Shown here: piece after piece, positions 8,420 to 17,813 of the stretch
Numbering within the stretch: position 1 is the first letter of the stretch
Layout of the letters: each line of letters begins with the position of its first letter
Source: a virus
Taxonomy: Duplodnaviria; Caudoviricetes
Virus record (IMG/VR): IMGVR_UViG_3300016474_000678
Location: 1 to 24,293 of that record
DNA: 24,293 bases
Reading direction: 5' to 3' (one strand)
Notes under the pieces: generated by a model
The model's input: the letters and a program-made list of their open reading frames with translations, nothing else
Told to the model about the DNA's origin: nothing
The model's database searches: none
Program-made: the position numbers and the translations under genes

Positions 8420-9555
8420 AGCGAATTTAAAACCTCAACTAATTTTTTAACCATATCAATTGTTACCGTTTCATTATTACCAATGTAATATGAATTATCG
8501 TGAATGTAATTTGAAACTACATCTTTTGCTTTAGTATTAATTTGTTTCATCATAGGGTGTCTCATCAAATTGCCAGCAATTAATGGACGAAATTCGACCT
8601 TAAAGTCTATTAGCGCGTTATATACTTTTTGTTTATTTACATTTTTGCAAATAACAGGAAACGCAAATAAACTTACTCCATCAGTATCAAAATCTACGAA
8701 ATATTTTTCACTATTTAAATTTTTACAATAATACCGAAAATTATTATTTCTAACAGATATAGTATTATCTAATCTTTTCATTTGATTTAAACCCAAAACC
8801 GCATGAACATCCGTATTTCTTACATTATAGCCTGCACATAAAAAAGTAAATCTCTCATCAATATCATCTACTATATTTTTTTTGCGTTCTTTTTCTGGCA
8901 ATTCTCTCAATAAACCATGAGATCTTAATAGTAACAATTTGTGATAAAAATCATCATCATTTGTACATATCATTCCACCTTCAATTGTTGTTATATGATG
9001 ACCATAAAAAAAAGAAAATGATGATGCTAATCCAAATGTACCTACTTTTTGATTTTTTACAGTAGAACCATGAGATTCGCAGCAATCTTCAAATAATTTT
9101 ATATTATATTTATTACATAAAGTTAATAATTTATCATTTACGCAAGGGATACCAAGCACATGAGTTAAGAAAAAATATTTTATTTTTTGCTCTTTAAATA
9201 TATTTTCTAAATCATTTAAATCTGGTCCTAATGTTTTTAAATCAACATCGGTCAAATATAATCCAGTATTTTTTTGTAATTGAATTATTGGTGCAATATT
9301 TGTAGACCAGGTACAAGACTGCGCCGCCCAATTTCCTTGTCCATACAAATCATGAGCCGCCTGAACAATTAATAAATTTGCAGATGATCCAGAATTTACA
9401 AACACACTATGCTTACAACCCAACCATTCTGACCATTTATTTTCAAATTCTTTTATTTTTGGACCATATGTCAATTTAGAAGAAGATAAGATAAAGTCTG
9501 ACATTATTTTTTTATCTTCTACCGAAATTGCTTCATCATGCATCAATTTCCACAT
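8416..9555 (-). CDS. colD: GDP-4-keto-6-deoxy-D-mannose 3-dehydratase (ColD-type, PLP-dependent, DegT family)
   Basis: VFVNSGSSANLL, EDCCESHG, and GTFG..SSFSFFYGHHITTIEGG with His where aminotransferases have the Schiff-base Lys. Also RSHG..RELP, GYNVR, RPLIAGN. 379 aa; between gmd and an fcl homologue. Confidence 0.82.
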   Translation of the reverse strand: MWKLMHDEAISVEDKKIMSDFILSSSKLTYGPKIKEFENKWSEWLGCKHSVFVNSGSSANLLIVQAAHDLYGQGNWAAQSCTWSTNIAPIIQLQKNTGLYLTDVDLKTLGPDLNDLENIFKEQKIKYFFLTHVLGIPCVNDKLLTLCNKYNIKLFEDCCESHGSTVKNQKVGTFGLASSFSFFYGHHITTIEGGMICTNDDDFYHKLLLLRSHGLLRELPEKERKKNIVDDIDERFTFLCAGYNVRNTDVHAVLGLNQMKRLDNTISVRNNNFRYYCKNLNSEKYFVDFDTDGVSLFAFPVICKNVNKQKVYNALIDFKVEFRPLIAGNLMRHPMMKQINTKAKDVVSNYIHDNSYYIGNNETVTIDMVKKLVEVLNSL

Positions 9556-10466
9556 TGTTTTTCCTTATTTTTTAAATAATAATTATATGTCCGTTCAACA
9601 CCATCATTTAATTTTATGAAATCGTGTATACCTATTTTATCTAGTAATTTTTTTGAACATACATCTTTTCGATATACTCCATCGTTCTGTCCAGAAAAAA
9701 CTATATTCCCAGAATATCCTATAACTTGTGTTACAATTTTTGCAATTTCTTTAACTGTTAAATTATTATCTATTGCTGCGTTATACTCACCCTCAATATC
9801 TGTTTTTAATACTTTTAATATTATGTCAGCTGCATCATCAGAATGCATAAACTGACGAAGTGGGTTGCCTGTACCCATTAATATTATTTCTTTAACATTA
9901 TTAATTTTTGCATTATATATTTTTTCTATTAATGCCGTAACTAAATGACTTTTATTATGATGATTAAAATTATCATTTTCACCATAAAGATTGCAAAAAT
10001 ATAAAGTGCAATATTTTAAACCATACTGCTTATGAGCAGATCTTAACATATAACCAGCAAATCTTTTAGCATATGCATATGCATCATTAGTAGATTCTGG
10101 TTCTCCATAATCTACCATTGTTTCGACCATTGGATAAGATGGTGCATATTTTGGATACACACAAGTACTAGAAGCAAATATTAATTTAATTTTTCTTTTA
10201 ACACAATAATCAATAACATTTGTGTTTATTAAATTATTTTTATGAATAAATTCATAGGGATGTTCTATATTGTCTTTGATTCCGCCTACTTTGCCTGCAA
10301 GATGTATTATAGTTGTCGGAGAATGTAAACCAAAAACTTGTTTTGTTTCGTTTAAATTTGTTAAATCGACATCTAAAGATGATAAGTATGTAAAATTACT
10401 TTCTTTATTGTGTAAAGATTTTCCTAATAATCCACTGCCGCCTGTTACTAAAACTGTATTATTCAT
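9543..10466 (-). CDS. fcl: GDP-L-fucose/GDP-L-colitose synthase (Fcl/ColC epimerase-reductase)
   Basis: TGGSGLLG, HLAGKVGGI, SSTCVYP (catalytic Cys), TN.AYAYAK, NLYG.NDNF, SHLV.ALI (catalytic His), GTG.PLRQFMH.DD. Confidence 0.9.
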   Translation of the reverse strand: MNNTVLVTGGSGLLGKSLHNKESNFTYLSSLDVDLTNLNETKQVFGLHSPTTIIHLAGKVGGIKDNIEHPYEFIHKNNLINTNVIDYCVKRKIKLIFASSTCVYPKYAPSYPMVETMVDYGEPESTNDAYAYAKRFAGYMLRSAHKQYGLKYCTLYFCNLYGENDNFNHHNKSHLVTALIEKIYNAKINNVKEIILMGTGNPLRQFMHSDDAADIILKVLKTDIEGEYNAAIDNNLTVKEIAKIVTQVIGYSGNIVFSGQNDGVYRKDVCSKKLLDKIGIHDFIKLNDGVERTYNYYLKNKEKQCGN

Positions 10467-11160
10467 GTAAAAATTTTTTAATATTTTTTAACTCTGGATT
10501 CTTACTAATCCAACTATTATAAGTCATTTCTGCATTTGAAATATAATCAGTAAAATTTTTGTTTATTGGTTCAAGCATTTTTCTGACTGCACTTCTGTGG
10601 TGTGTTATATTTGTTTCATGTACGACTACATTTTTTAATCCTAAACTTAAACTAGTAGCACTTAATTCATTATCAATCCACCCATAATAATGAAGAGGAA
10701 AATATTTTTTAAACTCTTTTAATACCTTTGTGGAAACAAAAGGGCATACATTCTCTATCATTTTAACTTCTGCTAATAATAAATTATTATTAACAATCAT
10801 TTGCGGATATGGGCAATTAACATCTATTAATGCTGAATGTACAATTCCATACTCTGGTTTCATATACTTCATCATTATACTACAATAATTTGTTGGTATA
10901 TTTATTAAATCATTATTAAATAAACCAATAAAATCATACATGTCGGAATATTTTTCAATAATTTGTTGTATACAACCACCATACCCGATATTATCTGGAC
11001 CAAAGTCATCTATTTTACAAGAACCATTATATTTTTTATTTAATAAATTTGAATTTTCTACTACAATAATATCAATATTATTAATAATTGTTAATGAATT
11101 AACAATATTTTGTGTAAATTCCTTAGAGTTGTGAGAAATTATTGCAATTAGTATTTTCAT
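10459..11160 (-). CDS. Glycosyltransferase, GT2-like (GT-A fold)
   Basis: IAIISHNS, DIIVVENS, NIGYGG, IGLFNND; no TM segment. Confidence 0.65.
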   Translation of the reverse strand: MKILIAIISHNSKEFTQNIVNSLTIINNIDIIVVENSNLLNKKYNGSCKIDDFGPDNIGYGGCIQQIIEKYSDMYDFIGLFNNDLINIPTNYCSIMMKYMKPEYGIVHSALIDVNCPYPQMIVNNNLLLAEVKMIENVCPFVSTKVLKEFKKYFPLHYYGWIDNELSATSLSLGLKNVVVHETNITHHRSAVRKMLEPINKNFTDYISNAEMTYNSWISKNPELKNIKKFLHE

Positions 11161-11994
11161 TTATGTTTGCTCAGGTAATTTGCAACGACACTGTACAAGA
11201 TTATTTATTATTTTAACACCAGCATGTTGATAATCAATATTTGATAATTTTTTAACAGCATTTGTATCAAATAACATAGAAATTAAAATAGTTCTTATTG
11301 GTGCATCTCCCCATCTCCAATAATATATGTTTCCACTTTCATGAATTTTATTATTAATTTTATTTGTTATATTTAAATATTTTTGAACATGAACTATTTC
11401 AAAATTATTATAGTAATAGACTAAATTAGCAGAATTAGTAAAGGTATAATCTTTATTCAGTATTTTTTCTTTTTCTATATTATCCACAATAAAATTAAAT
11501 AAACCATTAACAACATGTGGAGCTTCTAACATTTTTATTACATATCCATATATCAAATTATTATTTTTCATGTATTCAAAAATATTATAATTTATTGAAT
11601 TTAAAATATATGAATCATCATCTAATCTTGCATAATATTCATAACCCATTTCATTCAAATAATTAAATATATCTCTAGTAAAAAATGTACACATTCCTCC
11701 ATATGAAATGCATTTTTCGGGTCCCCAATATGTTTCTGTCCATTTAGGTTTAAAATTTTCATCGTTAGAGACTATATTTGGTATAGAAAATTCAATTTGT
11801 TTAAAAATTATATTTGTTTTTGGTAATAAATTATTGATAATTTTTTTATTATTTTGAGAAAATCCCGTTTCGTGAAAAATAACAACATCAGTAGGGTATT
11901 TACATAAATAAAAATTATACAAATTGTTTAAACATTTATTTACAGCAGTTATATTTAAATTATTAGGTAATAATAGACAAAAACAAGTTTTCAT
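11161..11994 (-). CDS. GT15 (Kre2/Mnt1-like alpha-1,2-mannosyltransferase family) glycosyltransferase
   Basis: SYGGMCTFF, YEYYARLDDD, YYNNFEI, GNIYYWRWGDAPI and IDYQH match the GT15 motifs (SYRHMCRF / YYWR / SNFEI / YERWGDAP / IGYxH). Confidence 0.82.
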   Translation of the reverse strand: MKTCFCLLLPNNLNITAVNKCLNNLYNFYLCKYPTDVVIFHETGFSQNNKKIINNLLPKTNIIFKQIEFSIPNIVSNDENFKPKWTETYWGPEKCISYGGMCTFFTRDIFNYLNEMGYEYYARLDDDSYILNSINYNIFEYMKNNNLIYGYVIKMLEAPHVVNGLFNFIVDNIEKEKILNKDYTFTNSANLVYYYNNFEIVHVQKYLNITNKINNKIHESGNIYYWRWGDAPIRTILISMLFDTNAVKKLSNIDYQHAGVKIINNLVQCRCKLPEQT

Positions 11995-12794
11995 AATACA
12001 TTTTCAGTTTTATTAATAAAGTAATCTATACAATGTGAAACAGAGTTATTCATGCTACTTGCAATTTTAAAATTTTTACTAATTGAATCTAATCGTAAAT
12101 TATAATATTCTTCATTTAAATCTTTAATATTTATTTTATTCGATAAAATATCATCTAAAAATACAATTCCATTTACATCAAACACATTTATTATTTCTCT
12201 AGATCCCCAAAATATTGGAATTGTTCCGCATAAAAAACAATCTAATAATTTTTCAGTATAATATAAATTTGCAATGTAATTTTCCATGCAAACAGAAAAT
12301 CTATAATCTTTTAGAGCTTGTACTTTTCGTGTTATTTCTTGTTGTCTGCCTCTACCATATAAATCTACATTATTTTGAAAAAATTGCACAATTTCTTGCC
12401 TATAAGCGTGTTCTTTGCAAAAATTTTTTGTAGAAGCAATAAAAGAAATATTTTTAGTTTTTGTATGCATTCCTCTTTCTTGCTTATCTACCCAAGCACC
12501 AAAGGGAGGAGGAATTTTAATAAAATTATCAAAAGAACCAAAATAATCACTATCATATGATAATATTGTTTTTAATTTTGATGCTTTTGATTTAACATAT
12601 TCATATTGACCTGGATGTATTGATCTTGGTTCTACCATTAATGCAATTTCACCATCTGGTATTTGCATTTGATCTACATATATTTTTATATCAGCATCAG
12701 ACGCAGCGGTGTGGTTTATCCAAGATCCAGTAAATGATTTAAAATTTAATGCATCTCTGTGATAGTTTGGCCAAATTATCTTTATAGTTTTCAT
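11991..12794 (-). CDS. GT10-like alpha-1,3/1,4-fucosyltransferase-family protein
   Basis: SFIAS, R.EIV, VDLYGRG, DYRFSVCMEN...YYTEKLLDCF..GTIPIFWG, which is the GT10 GDP-sugar-binding motif. Confidence 0.8.
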   Translation of the reverse strand: MKTIKIIWPNYHRDALNFKSFTGSWINHTAASDADIKIYVDQMQIPDGEIALMVEPRSIHPGQYEYVKSKASKLKTILSYDSDYFGSFDNFIKIPPPFGAWVDKQERGMHTKTKNISFIASTKNFCKEHAYRQEIVQFFQNNVDLYGRGRQQEITRKVQALKDYRFSVCMENYIANLYYTEKLLDCFLCGTIPIFWGSREIINVFDVNGIVFLDDILSNKINIKDLNEEYYNLRLDSISKNFKIASSMNNSVSHCIDYFINKTENVL

Positions 12795-13654
12795 GAATTT
12801 ATTATACTTAAAATTTTATTAAAAGTGAAAATATCTATATGATTTGATCTTCCATTATAATATTCATATATTGTTTTATACTTATAATATTTAGATCTAG
12901 CAGACAACATAGTTTCTCCCAAATAACCAAAATTAGGGTTATCAATCCAACCACATTCTCCTAAAATTATAATATTAGAAGGTGTCATCAGATGCGTTGT
13001 TATTGATGCTGCACTCCCAATACTTATTACATAATCTGCTCTATTAAACAAAGCACAATTAAAATTATATGAATTTAATAATTGTTCTTTTGGTTCCCAG
13101 TATAATTTTGTACAAAAATTAAAATTTGGTTGATTAAAAGTACAGTTAATTACATATACATCATTATCAATTAAAAATTTAATTAAATTATAAAAAGAAG
13201 TATTATGTGCTGTATTTCTGTTTAAATTTCTACCATTTATGCAAACTATTTTATTTTTTATATTTTTAAGTAAATTATTTACTTTTATTATTTCATACTC
13301 TGGTGGAACAAATAATGGAATTTTACTTTCTATAATATTTTTAGTATAACATGAAAATAAAAATTTATATAAATGTGTATTTGGATGTATTTTATCTAAA
13401 CAATGTTTATTGGTTATAATATTTTGTTCAGTTACTAACTGTAATATTTTATTACGAATTATATCATCTCTTTGTTGGCAGTTGAGTTGACTAATATTAA
13501 TAGGTCTTTCTATAATTATTTTATTTTTAATCATAGGATATAAACATTCATACCCCTCAAAAATTACTACATGAGGATTATCAAAATATTTTTCATAAAA
13601 ATTAACGCTAGGATACGAATTAAATTCGTCCCAATTTGATTCTAAAATTTGCAT
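12791..13654 (-). CDS. Hypothetical protein, possibly a GT-B (GT9-like) transferase
   Basis: Coupled to island genes on both sides. The C-terminal IVCINGR...ALFNRADYVISIGSAASITTHL loosely resembles the GT9 C-terminal domain; weak. Confidence 0.4.
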   Translation of the reverse strand: MQILESNWDEFNSYPSVNFYEKYFDNPHVVIFEGYECLYPMIKNKIIIERPINISQLNCQQRDDIIRNKILQLVTEQNIITNKHCLDKIHPNTHLYKFLFSCYTKNIIESKIPLFVPPEYEIIKVNNLLKNIKNKIVCINGRNLNRNTAHNTSFYNLIKFLIDNDVYVINCTFNQPNFNFCTKLYWEPKEQLLNSYNFNCALFNRADYVISIGSAASITTHLMTPSNIIILGECGWIDNPNFGYLGETMLSARSKYYKYKTIYEYYNGRSNHIDIFTFNKILSIINS

Positions 13655-14316
13655 TATTCGCCTATAAAATTAATTGCTTTATCAAATAATGGAATTAAAT
13701 TACTATCCCTAGCACTACTCATTTTTCCGATATGTTCGATATAAGATGGATTTGTACAATAAAAATTTTTAAATCTTCTGCAAACTTCCCAATCCCATGC
13801 AGAGGATGGAAATAAACAAGGTTCTATTATTGTTTTGTATATGTCTCTATCAAATAACATACAAATACCACCAATTGTATTTTTGGTAACATAATCTGAA
13901 AAAACTTGTTTTCTTGCATGGGCGGAAGTATCAAATGGAGTAACAATATTTCCAACTTTTTTATGTAATTCTACAAGTTTTAATAACCAATTTGGATTTA
14001 ATATAGCATCTGGATCCAAATTACAAAACAAATCATAACCATCGTTGTAATGTTTAGACCAAATTTCTTTTAAATTAGTTTCACAAAGGCCTGGAGTTCT
14101 ATTTGTTTTATAAATTTTATCTACTTTATCAGCAAATTTTGTATCATAATTTTCAATAAAAGATATAACATTTTCATCTGTACTTGCATCATCTATAATT
14201 GTTAAATGTATAAACATATTATCTGGTTTTATTGTATTAGATAAACTATTTAAACATAGTTTTAAATATTCAAATCTATTAATAGTTGGTATAACAAAGC
14301 TTATTTTTTTAATCAT
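13654..14316 (-). CDS. Glycosyltransferase family 2
   Basis: ISFVIPTINR...L..CLNSL, IIDDASTD, NLDPD (DxD), IEHIG. Likely start ATG 14316 (ATGA overlap with the GT11 stop). Confidence 0.85.
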   Translation of the reverse strand: MIKKISFVIPTINRFEYLKLCLNSLSNTIKPDNMFIHLTIIDDASTDENVISFIENYDTKFADKVDKIYKTNRTPGLCETNLKEIWSKHYNDGYDLFCNLDPDAILNPNWLLKLVELHKKVGNIVTPFDTSAHARKQVFSDYVTKNTIGGICMLFDRDIYKTIIEPCLFPSSAWDWEVCRRFKNFYCTNPSYIEHIGKMSSARDSNLIPLFDKAINFIGE

Positions 14317-15068
14317 AATACAATCCAATCTTGACAATAAATGTCATCAGTTTCTTTTGGTCCATTTTTTCCAAACCATTGTTTTGGTGCTATGGTAATT
14401 TGTTTTTTTCCCAACCAAGCACCCCACCAACTATATGAACTATTTGCAATTATTGCAGCAGAACATCCTACCATAGATTGTAGCGTTTCATAAGAATTTA
14501 AATTATTTTCAAAAAATACATTATTTGTGCGAAAACACGAATATTCGGTTTTACACGCATCAATATCATCGGAAAATACTATAAATTTAGTAAATGAACC
14601 TAATTTATTTTTAATATAATTTATTGCAGAATCATAATAATCATTAGTACAAATAGGATGTACACTTGGATGTTTTAGATAATCTCCGCGTCTTACATGT
14701 ACAAAACAATAATTTAAATAATTATTTTTAAAATTATTTTGTTTAAAAACTAATTGAGTAGTTAATTCTTGTTTTTTAAATAAAAAATATTTTTCGCTTT
14801 GAAAATAACCAAATAAAGAATCATAATTATTTTGAAATAAAGATGAATTAAAACTAAAATTACATTCTCGAAAAGTATTATTTAACGATATATCTTGAAA
14901 AATTACATTATTAATATCAAAACATTGGAAAATATGTTCATTTTTATATTTAGTATTTAATACAATTTGTTTATTTTTTTGCAGAGAATATGAATATGCG
15001 GTTGCATATTGAAACAACTGATTTCCAAGTCTCCAACCAAAATTAGATATAGTCAATAAATTATTCAT
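14313..15068 (-). CDS. GT11 alpha-1,2-fucosyl/colitosyl-transferase
   Basis: RLGNQLFQYA, GYFQSEKYF, HVRRGDY, FSDD, IIANSSYSWWGAWL; all canonical GT11 motifs. Confidence 0.93.
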   Translation of the reverse strand: MNNLLTISNFGWRLGNQLFQYATAYSYSLQKNKQIVLNTKYKNEHIFQCFDINNVIFQDISLNNTFRECNFSFNSSLFQNNYDSLFGYFQSEKYFLFKKQELTTQLVFKQNNFKNNYLNYCFVHVRRGDYLKHPSVHPICTNDYYDSAINYIKNKLGSFTKFIVFSDDIDACKTEYSCFRTNNVFFENNLNSYETLQSMVGCSAAIIANSSYSWWGAWLGKKQITIAPKQWFGKNGPKETDDIYCQDWIVL

Positions 15069-15687
15069 GATGTTTTAAAAAAGTATAATCTACAATTTTG
15101 TTTTCTATATCAGAAAATCCATTATCTTGCCAAGCTAAATGCGGATAAAAACCATAACAAGAAATTTCTTTCTGAACATCTGCTAAGTTTACATCAATTT
15201 GTTTTGTTAATATGGTGTCTAAATTAAATTTATTAATAAGATATTTTGCACATTCTAATGTTATAGCATAGCAGTGTGTAGTATATGTGTTTGATAACTT
15301 ATGAACATGATTTGAAATAAAATTTAATTTTTGTTTACAGTGATTTCCACCAAAATATAAAAGATTCCAATCACTCGGAACTTCGGGATAATATAATTTA
15401 AAAAGTTGTAAAACATCATCATGAAATATAACATCATCTTCTGTTATTAATGAAATTTTATTATTTTTAATTACAATATCTTCCCATATTTTATAATGAG
15501 ATAGGCAACAGCCAATTGCTCCTTTATTTAATACAGAAGATAAGTGTTTTAAATTATTTCCATCTATAGCTTTAAAATAATTAAATTTTAAATTATATTT
15601 TTTAAAGAGTAAATTACACCTTTCTCTTCGATCTACTCTTTTTTCTAAATTTATACAATAGATATTGTCAATATTATTCAATTCCAT
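15061..15687 (-). CDS. Glycosyltransferase family 25 (Lic2/LgtB-like beta-galactosyltransferase family)
   Basis: YCINL.KR.DRR, FKAIDG, GAIGC.LSH..IW, LITEDDV, W.LLYFG, THCYAI. Confidence 0.88.
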   Translation of the reverse strand: MELNNIDNIYCINLEKRVDRRERCNLLFKKYNLKFNYFKAIDGNNLKHLSSVLNKGAIGCCLSHYKIWEDIVIKNNKISLITEDDVIFHDDVLQLFKLYYPEVPSDWNLLYFGGNHCKQKLNFISNHVHKLSNTYTTHCYAITLECAKYLINKFNLDTILTKQIDVNLADVQKEISCYGFYPHLAWQDNGFSDIENKIVDYTFLKHHE

Positions 15688-16531
15688 AAAATAATTTATA
15701 ATTTTTTTCTTTATAATATTTTTGTATTTGATCTTTATTCATATTTTGCAACATATCAAATAAATTTTTATTTGCCGTTGATGAAAATCTTCTATGTGTA
15801 ACCGTATGTTCTATATGATATAAATCACCAGATACAGAAGCCGTGTTATAATTTAATTTAATTAATCTATTTTTTCTTTCAACATCTTCTGGTCCATAAC
15901 CACAAAAATCTTCATTTTCTAAACCCATTTCTATGTATACTTGTTTTTTAATAAAAATACAACCACCAGGCGGACAATTTCTAAACAACCCAGGCGGACC
16001 ATTTTTAATTTTTTGAGAATATAAAATATCAGTGTATTCTCTTGCATGTTTTTTATATTCATTAAAATTATATGTTTTTAAAAAAGATTGTCTTGCATCT
16101 GGTATTACTTTAGCAACTTCTATATAATTTCCGCTAAAAGGAAAACAATAATCTATTTTTTTATTTTCTAGATAATCCTTGGCAATTATCATTTGCTCTA
16201 ATGGAATTAAAACATCTGCATCATAAGGAATAATTATACTTACATCTGGTGATGCATACTTCACTCCCATATTATATAATTTTGTTTTTTGAAAACAAGA
16301 AACCGAAGAAATATGATTTTCCCAAATAATATTTAAATTACAATAATTTTTTTGTTTTATTGTGTCATAGCAAATATTATTTTTAATATTTTCGTGTTGT
16401 TCTACAATAACAACATTAGTTGTAATAACAGAATTTAAATAAGATAATACTGATGTTAAATTAAACAAACGATCTACATCATTTGAATTCTTAAATGGTA
16501 TTAAAAAACAACAGTTATTAAAATTTTGCAT
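15674..16531 (-). CDS. GT2/GT7-C-like galactosyltransferase
   Basis: IPF...DR..NL, VVIVEQ, F.KTKLYN.G, YDADV, GG......Y...G.ENE.F.GYGPED.ER..R, LYHIEH. Likely start ATG 16531 (TAATG overlap). Confidence 0.78.
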   Translation of the reverse strand: MQNFNNCCFLIPFKNSNDVDRLFNLTSVLSYLNSVITTNVVIVEQHENIKNNICYDTIKQKNYCNLNIIWENHISSVSCFQKTKLYNMGVKYASPDVSIIIPYDADVLIPLEQMIIAKDYLENKKIDYCFPFSGNYIEVAKVIPDARQSFLKTYNFNEYKKHAREYTDILYSQKIKNGPPGLFRNCPPGGCIFIKKQVYIEMGLENEDFCGYGPEDVERKNRLIKLNYNTASVSGDLYHIEHTVTHRRFSSTANKNLFDMLQNMNKDQIQKYYKEKNYKLFYGIE

Positions 16532-17205
16532 TAATAATTCCATGTTCTAACAAAATTAATTTTACCAGAAGGTTCGTATGATGTCCATTTTTTATTTTTA
16601 ACATCGCAGATAACATTTGTAGTAGGCCAACATTTATCCCATTGATAAAATAAAGATTTAATAGGACTATAAATTTTTAATTGTGGTAACACGGACAATG
16701 CATATCCAATATCTAATGCAATTTTATTGTTTATAGTGTAATTTGCATTATCAATAAAATAATCAATATTTTTTAAAAATAAAATAGCATGAGTACCCAA
16801 ACAATGTTTTAATTTAATCCATTTTTCATCGTAATATTCTGGATAAAAATCTACTTTTAGTTTATTAAAATCACCAGCAGTAGAATAGCCCAAATATATT
16901 GCATCTGCATCTTCTGGAATATCTATTAATCCATCTACAACATATTCATCATACCATTGTGTAGGTGCCGCATCATCTTCAAGTAATAAAAATGGTATAT
17001 TATTTTTATTTTCATTCATTACATCTAAATGACTTTGACTGCATCCATGATTAAAATCTTTTACTTTAGGTAAAAGTCTTGCAGAAAAACGGTGTACATT
17101 ATTATATTCTAATGCAGATATTGTACTTTTAAATTTATTATTTCTTTCAACATCTTTATCTAAATTAATATAAATTTTTTTAATTGTTTTTAAATTAATT
17201 AACAT
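16531..17205 (-). CDS. GT25-like glycosyltransferase (phage type)
   Basis: YINLDKD.ERN, RFSA, GCSQSH, PFLLLEDD, IPEDADAIYLG, LGTHAILF. Confidence 0.7.
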   Translation of the reverse strand: MLINLKTIKKIYINLDKDVERNNKFKSTISALEYNNVHRFSARLLPKVKDFNHGCSQSHLDVMNENKNNIPFLLLEDDAAPTQWYDEYVVDGLIDIPEDADAIYLGYSTAGDFNKLKVDFYPEYYDEKWIKLKHCLGTHAILFLKNIDYFIDNANYTINNKIALDIGYALSVLPQLKIYSPIKSLFYQWDKCWPTTNVICDVKNKKWTSYEPSGKINFVRTWNY

Positions 17206-17813
17206 TATTTTACCTTATGTTTTAATTTTCTACTTGCCTGCGTATGTTCCACTATTACGGGTTGCTCTGGTTCAAACCACTTGCAGTCGAATACTTTACA
17301 ATACCCTTGAGAAAAATTATATGTGGAAAGTCCGTTATTGTCAAAATATTCCCATACTTTTTGAAGACTCTGTTGTTCCCATCTTGTAGGATTTTCTTCG
17401 CTTTCTTTTTTCCAAGCACCAATCAATTCTTTTGACATGACGGTATTATTAAAATACAAAGTACCACCAGCAAGTGCTTCATTGCCTCTCGACCATGGTT
17501 TTAAATGAGCGTTTCTGGGTTGATTCCATACATTTGGAATCCAGTAACATCCAAAATCGTAGTTAATTAATGTATCAAATACAGTTGGTTTATTTTTTAT
17601 TCTACCATCCGCATCTATCCAAACTACTCCAGTATTCAATTCATTTAATGCTTGTAGAATAACTTCTGCTTTCATCGTACAATTATGCACCCAAGAACCT
17701 TTACTGGGTTTTGCATATGCTTTTATTGGTAGATTGTACTTTGAACAACTTTCAATTAATTGATTTGCCTCTTCCTCATACTCAGGTGTATAAAAAGTTA
17801 CAACGGATATCAT
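17205..17813 (-). CDS. Nucleotide-diphospho-sugar transferase (GT-A; GT77/GT34-like), paralogue 1
   Basis: VTFYT..Y, GSWV.NC..K, VVWIDAD (DxD), GGTLYFNN, WEQQSLQ, YC..FD, VEH.QASR. Confidence 0.7.
   Translation of the reverse strand: MISVVTFYTPEYEEEANQLIESCSKYNLPIKAYAKPSKGSWVHNCTMKAEVILQALNELNTGVVWIDADGRIKNKPTVFDTLINYDFGCYWIPNVWNQPRNAHLKPWSRGNEALAGGTLYFNNTVMSKELIGAWKKESEENPTRWEQQSLQKVWEYFDNNGLSTYNFSQGYCKVFDCKWFEPEQPVIVEHTQASRKLKHKVK

Noticed and set aside
8416-9555. Perosamine synthase, or CDP-sugar E1 dehydrase (DdhC/RfbH)
   Set aside because: No catalytic Lys, so not an aminotransferase. It is shorter than E1, sits among GDP-pathway genes and has no ddhA/B/D, so ColD fits better.
10899-12140. 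AATAAATA late-like motifs inside island genes (e.g. 10899-10906, 11202-11209)
   Set aside because: Expected by chance in such AT-rich coding DNA.
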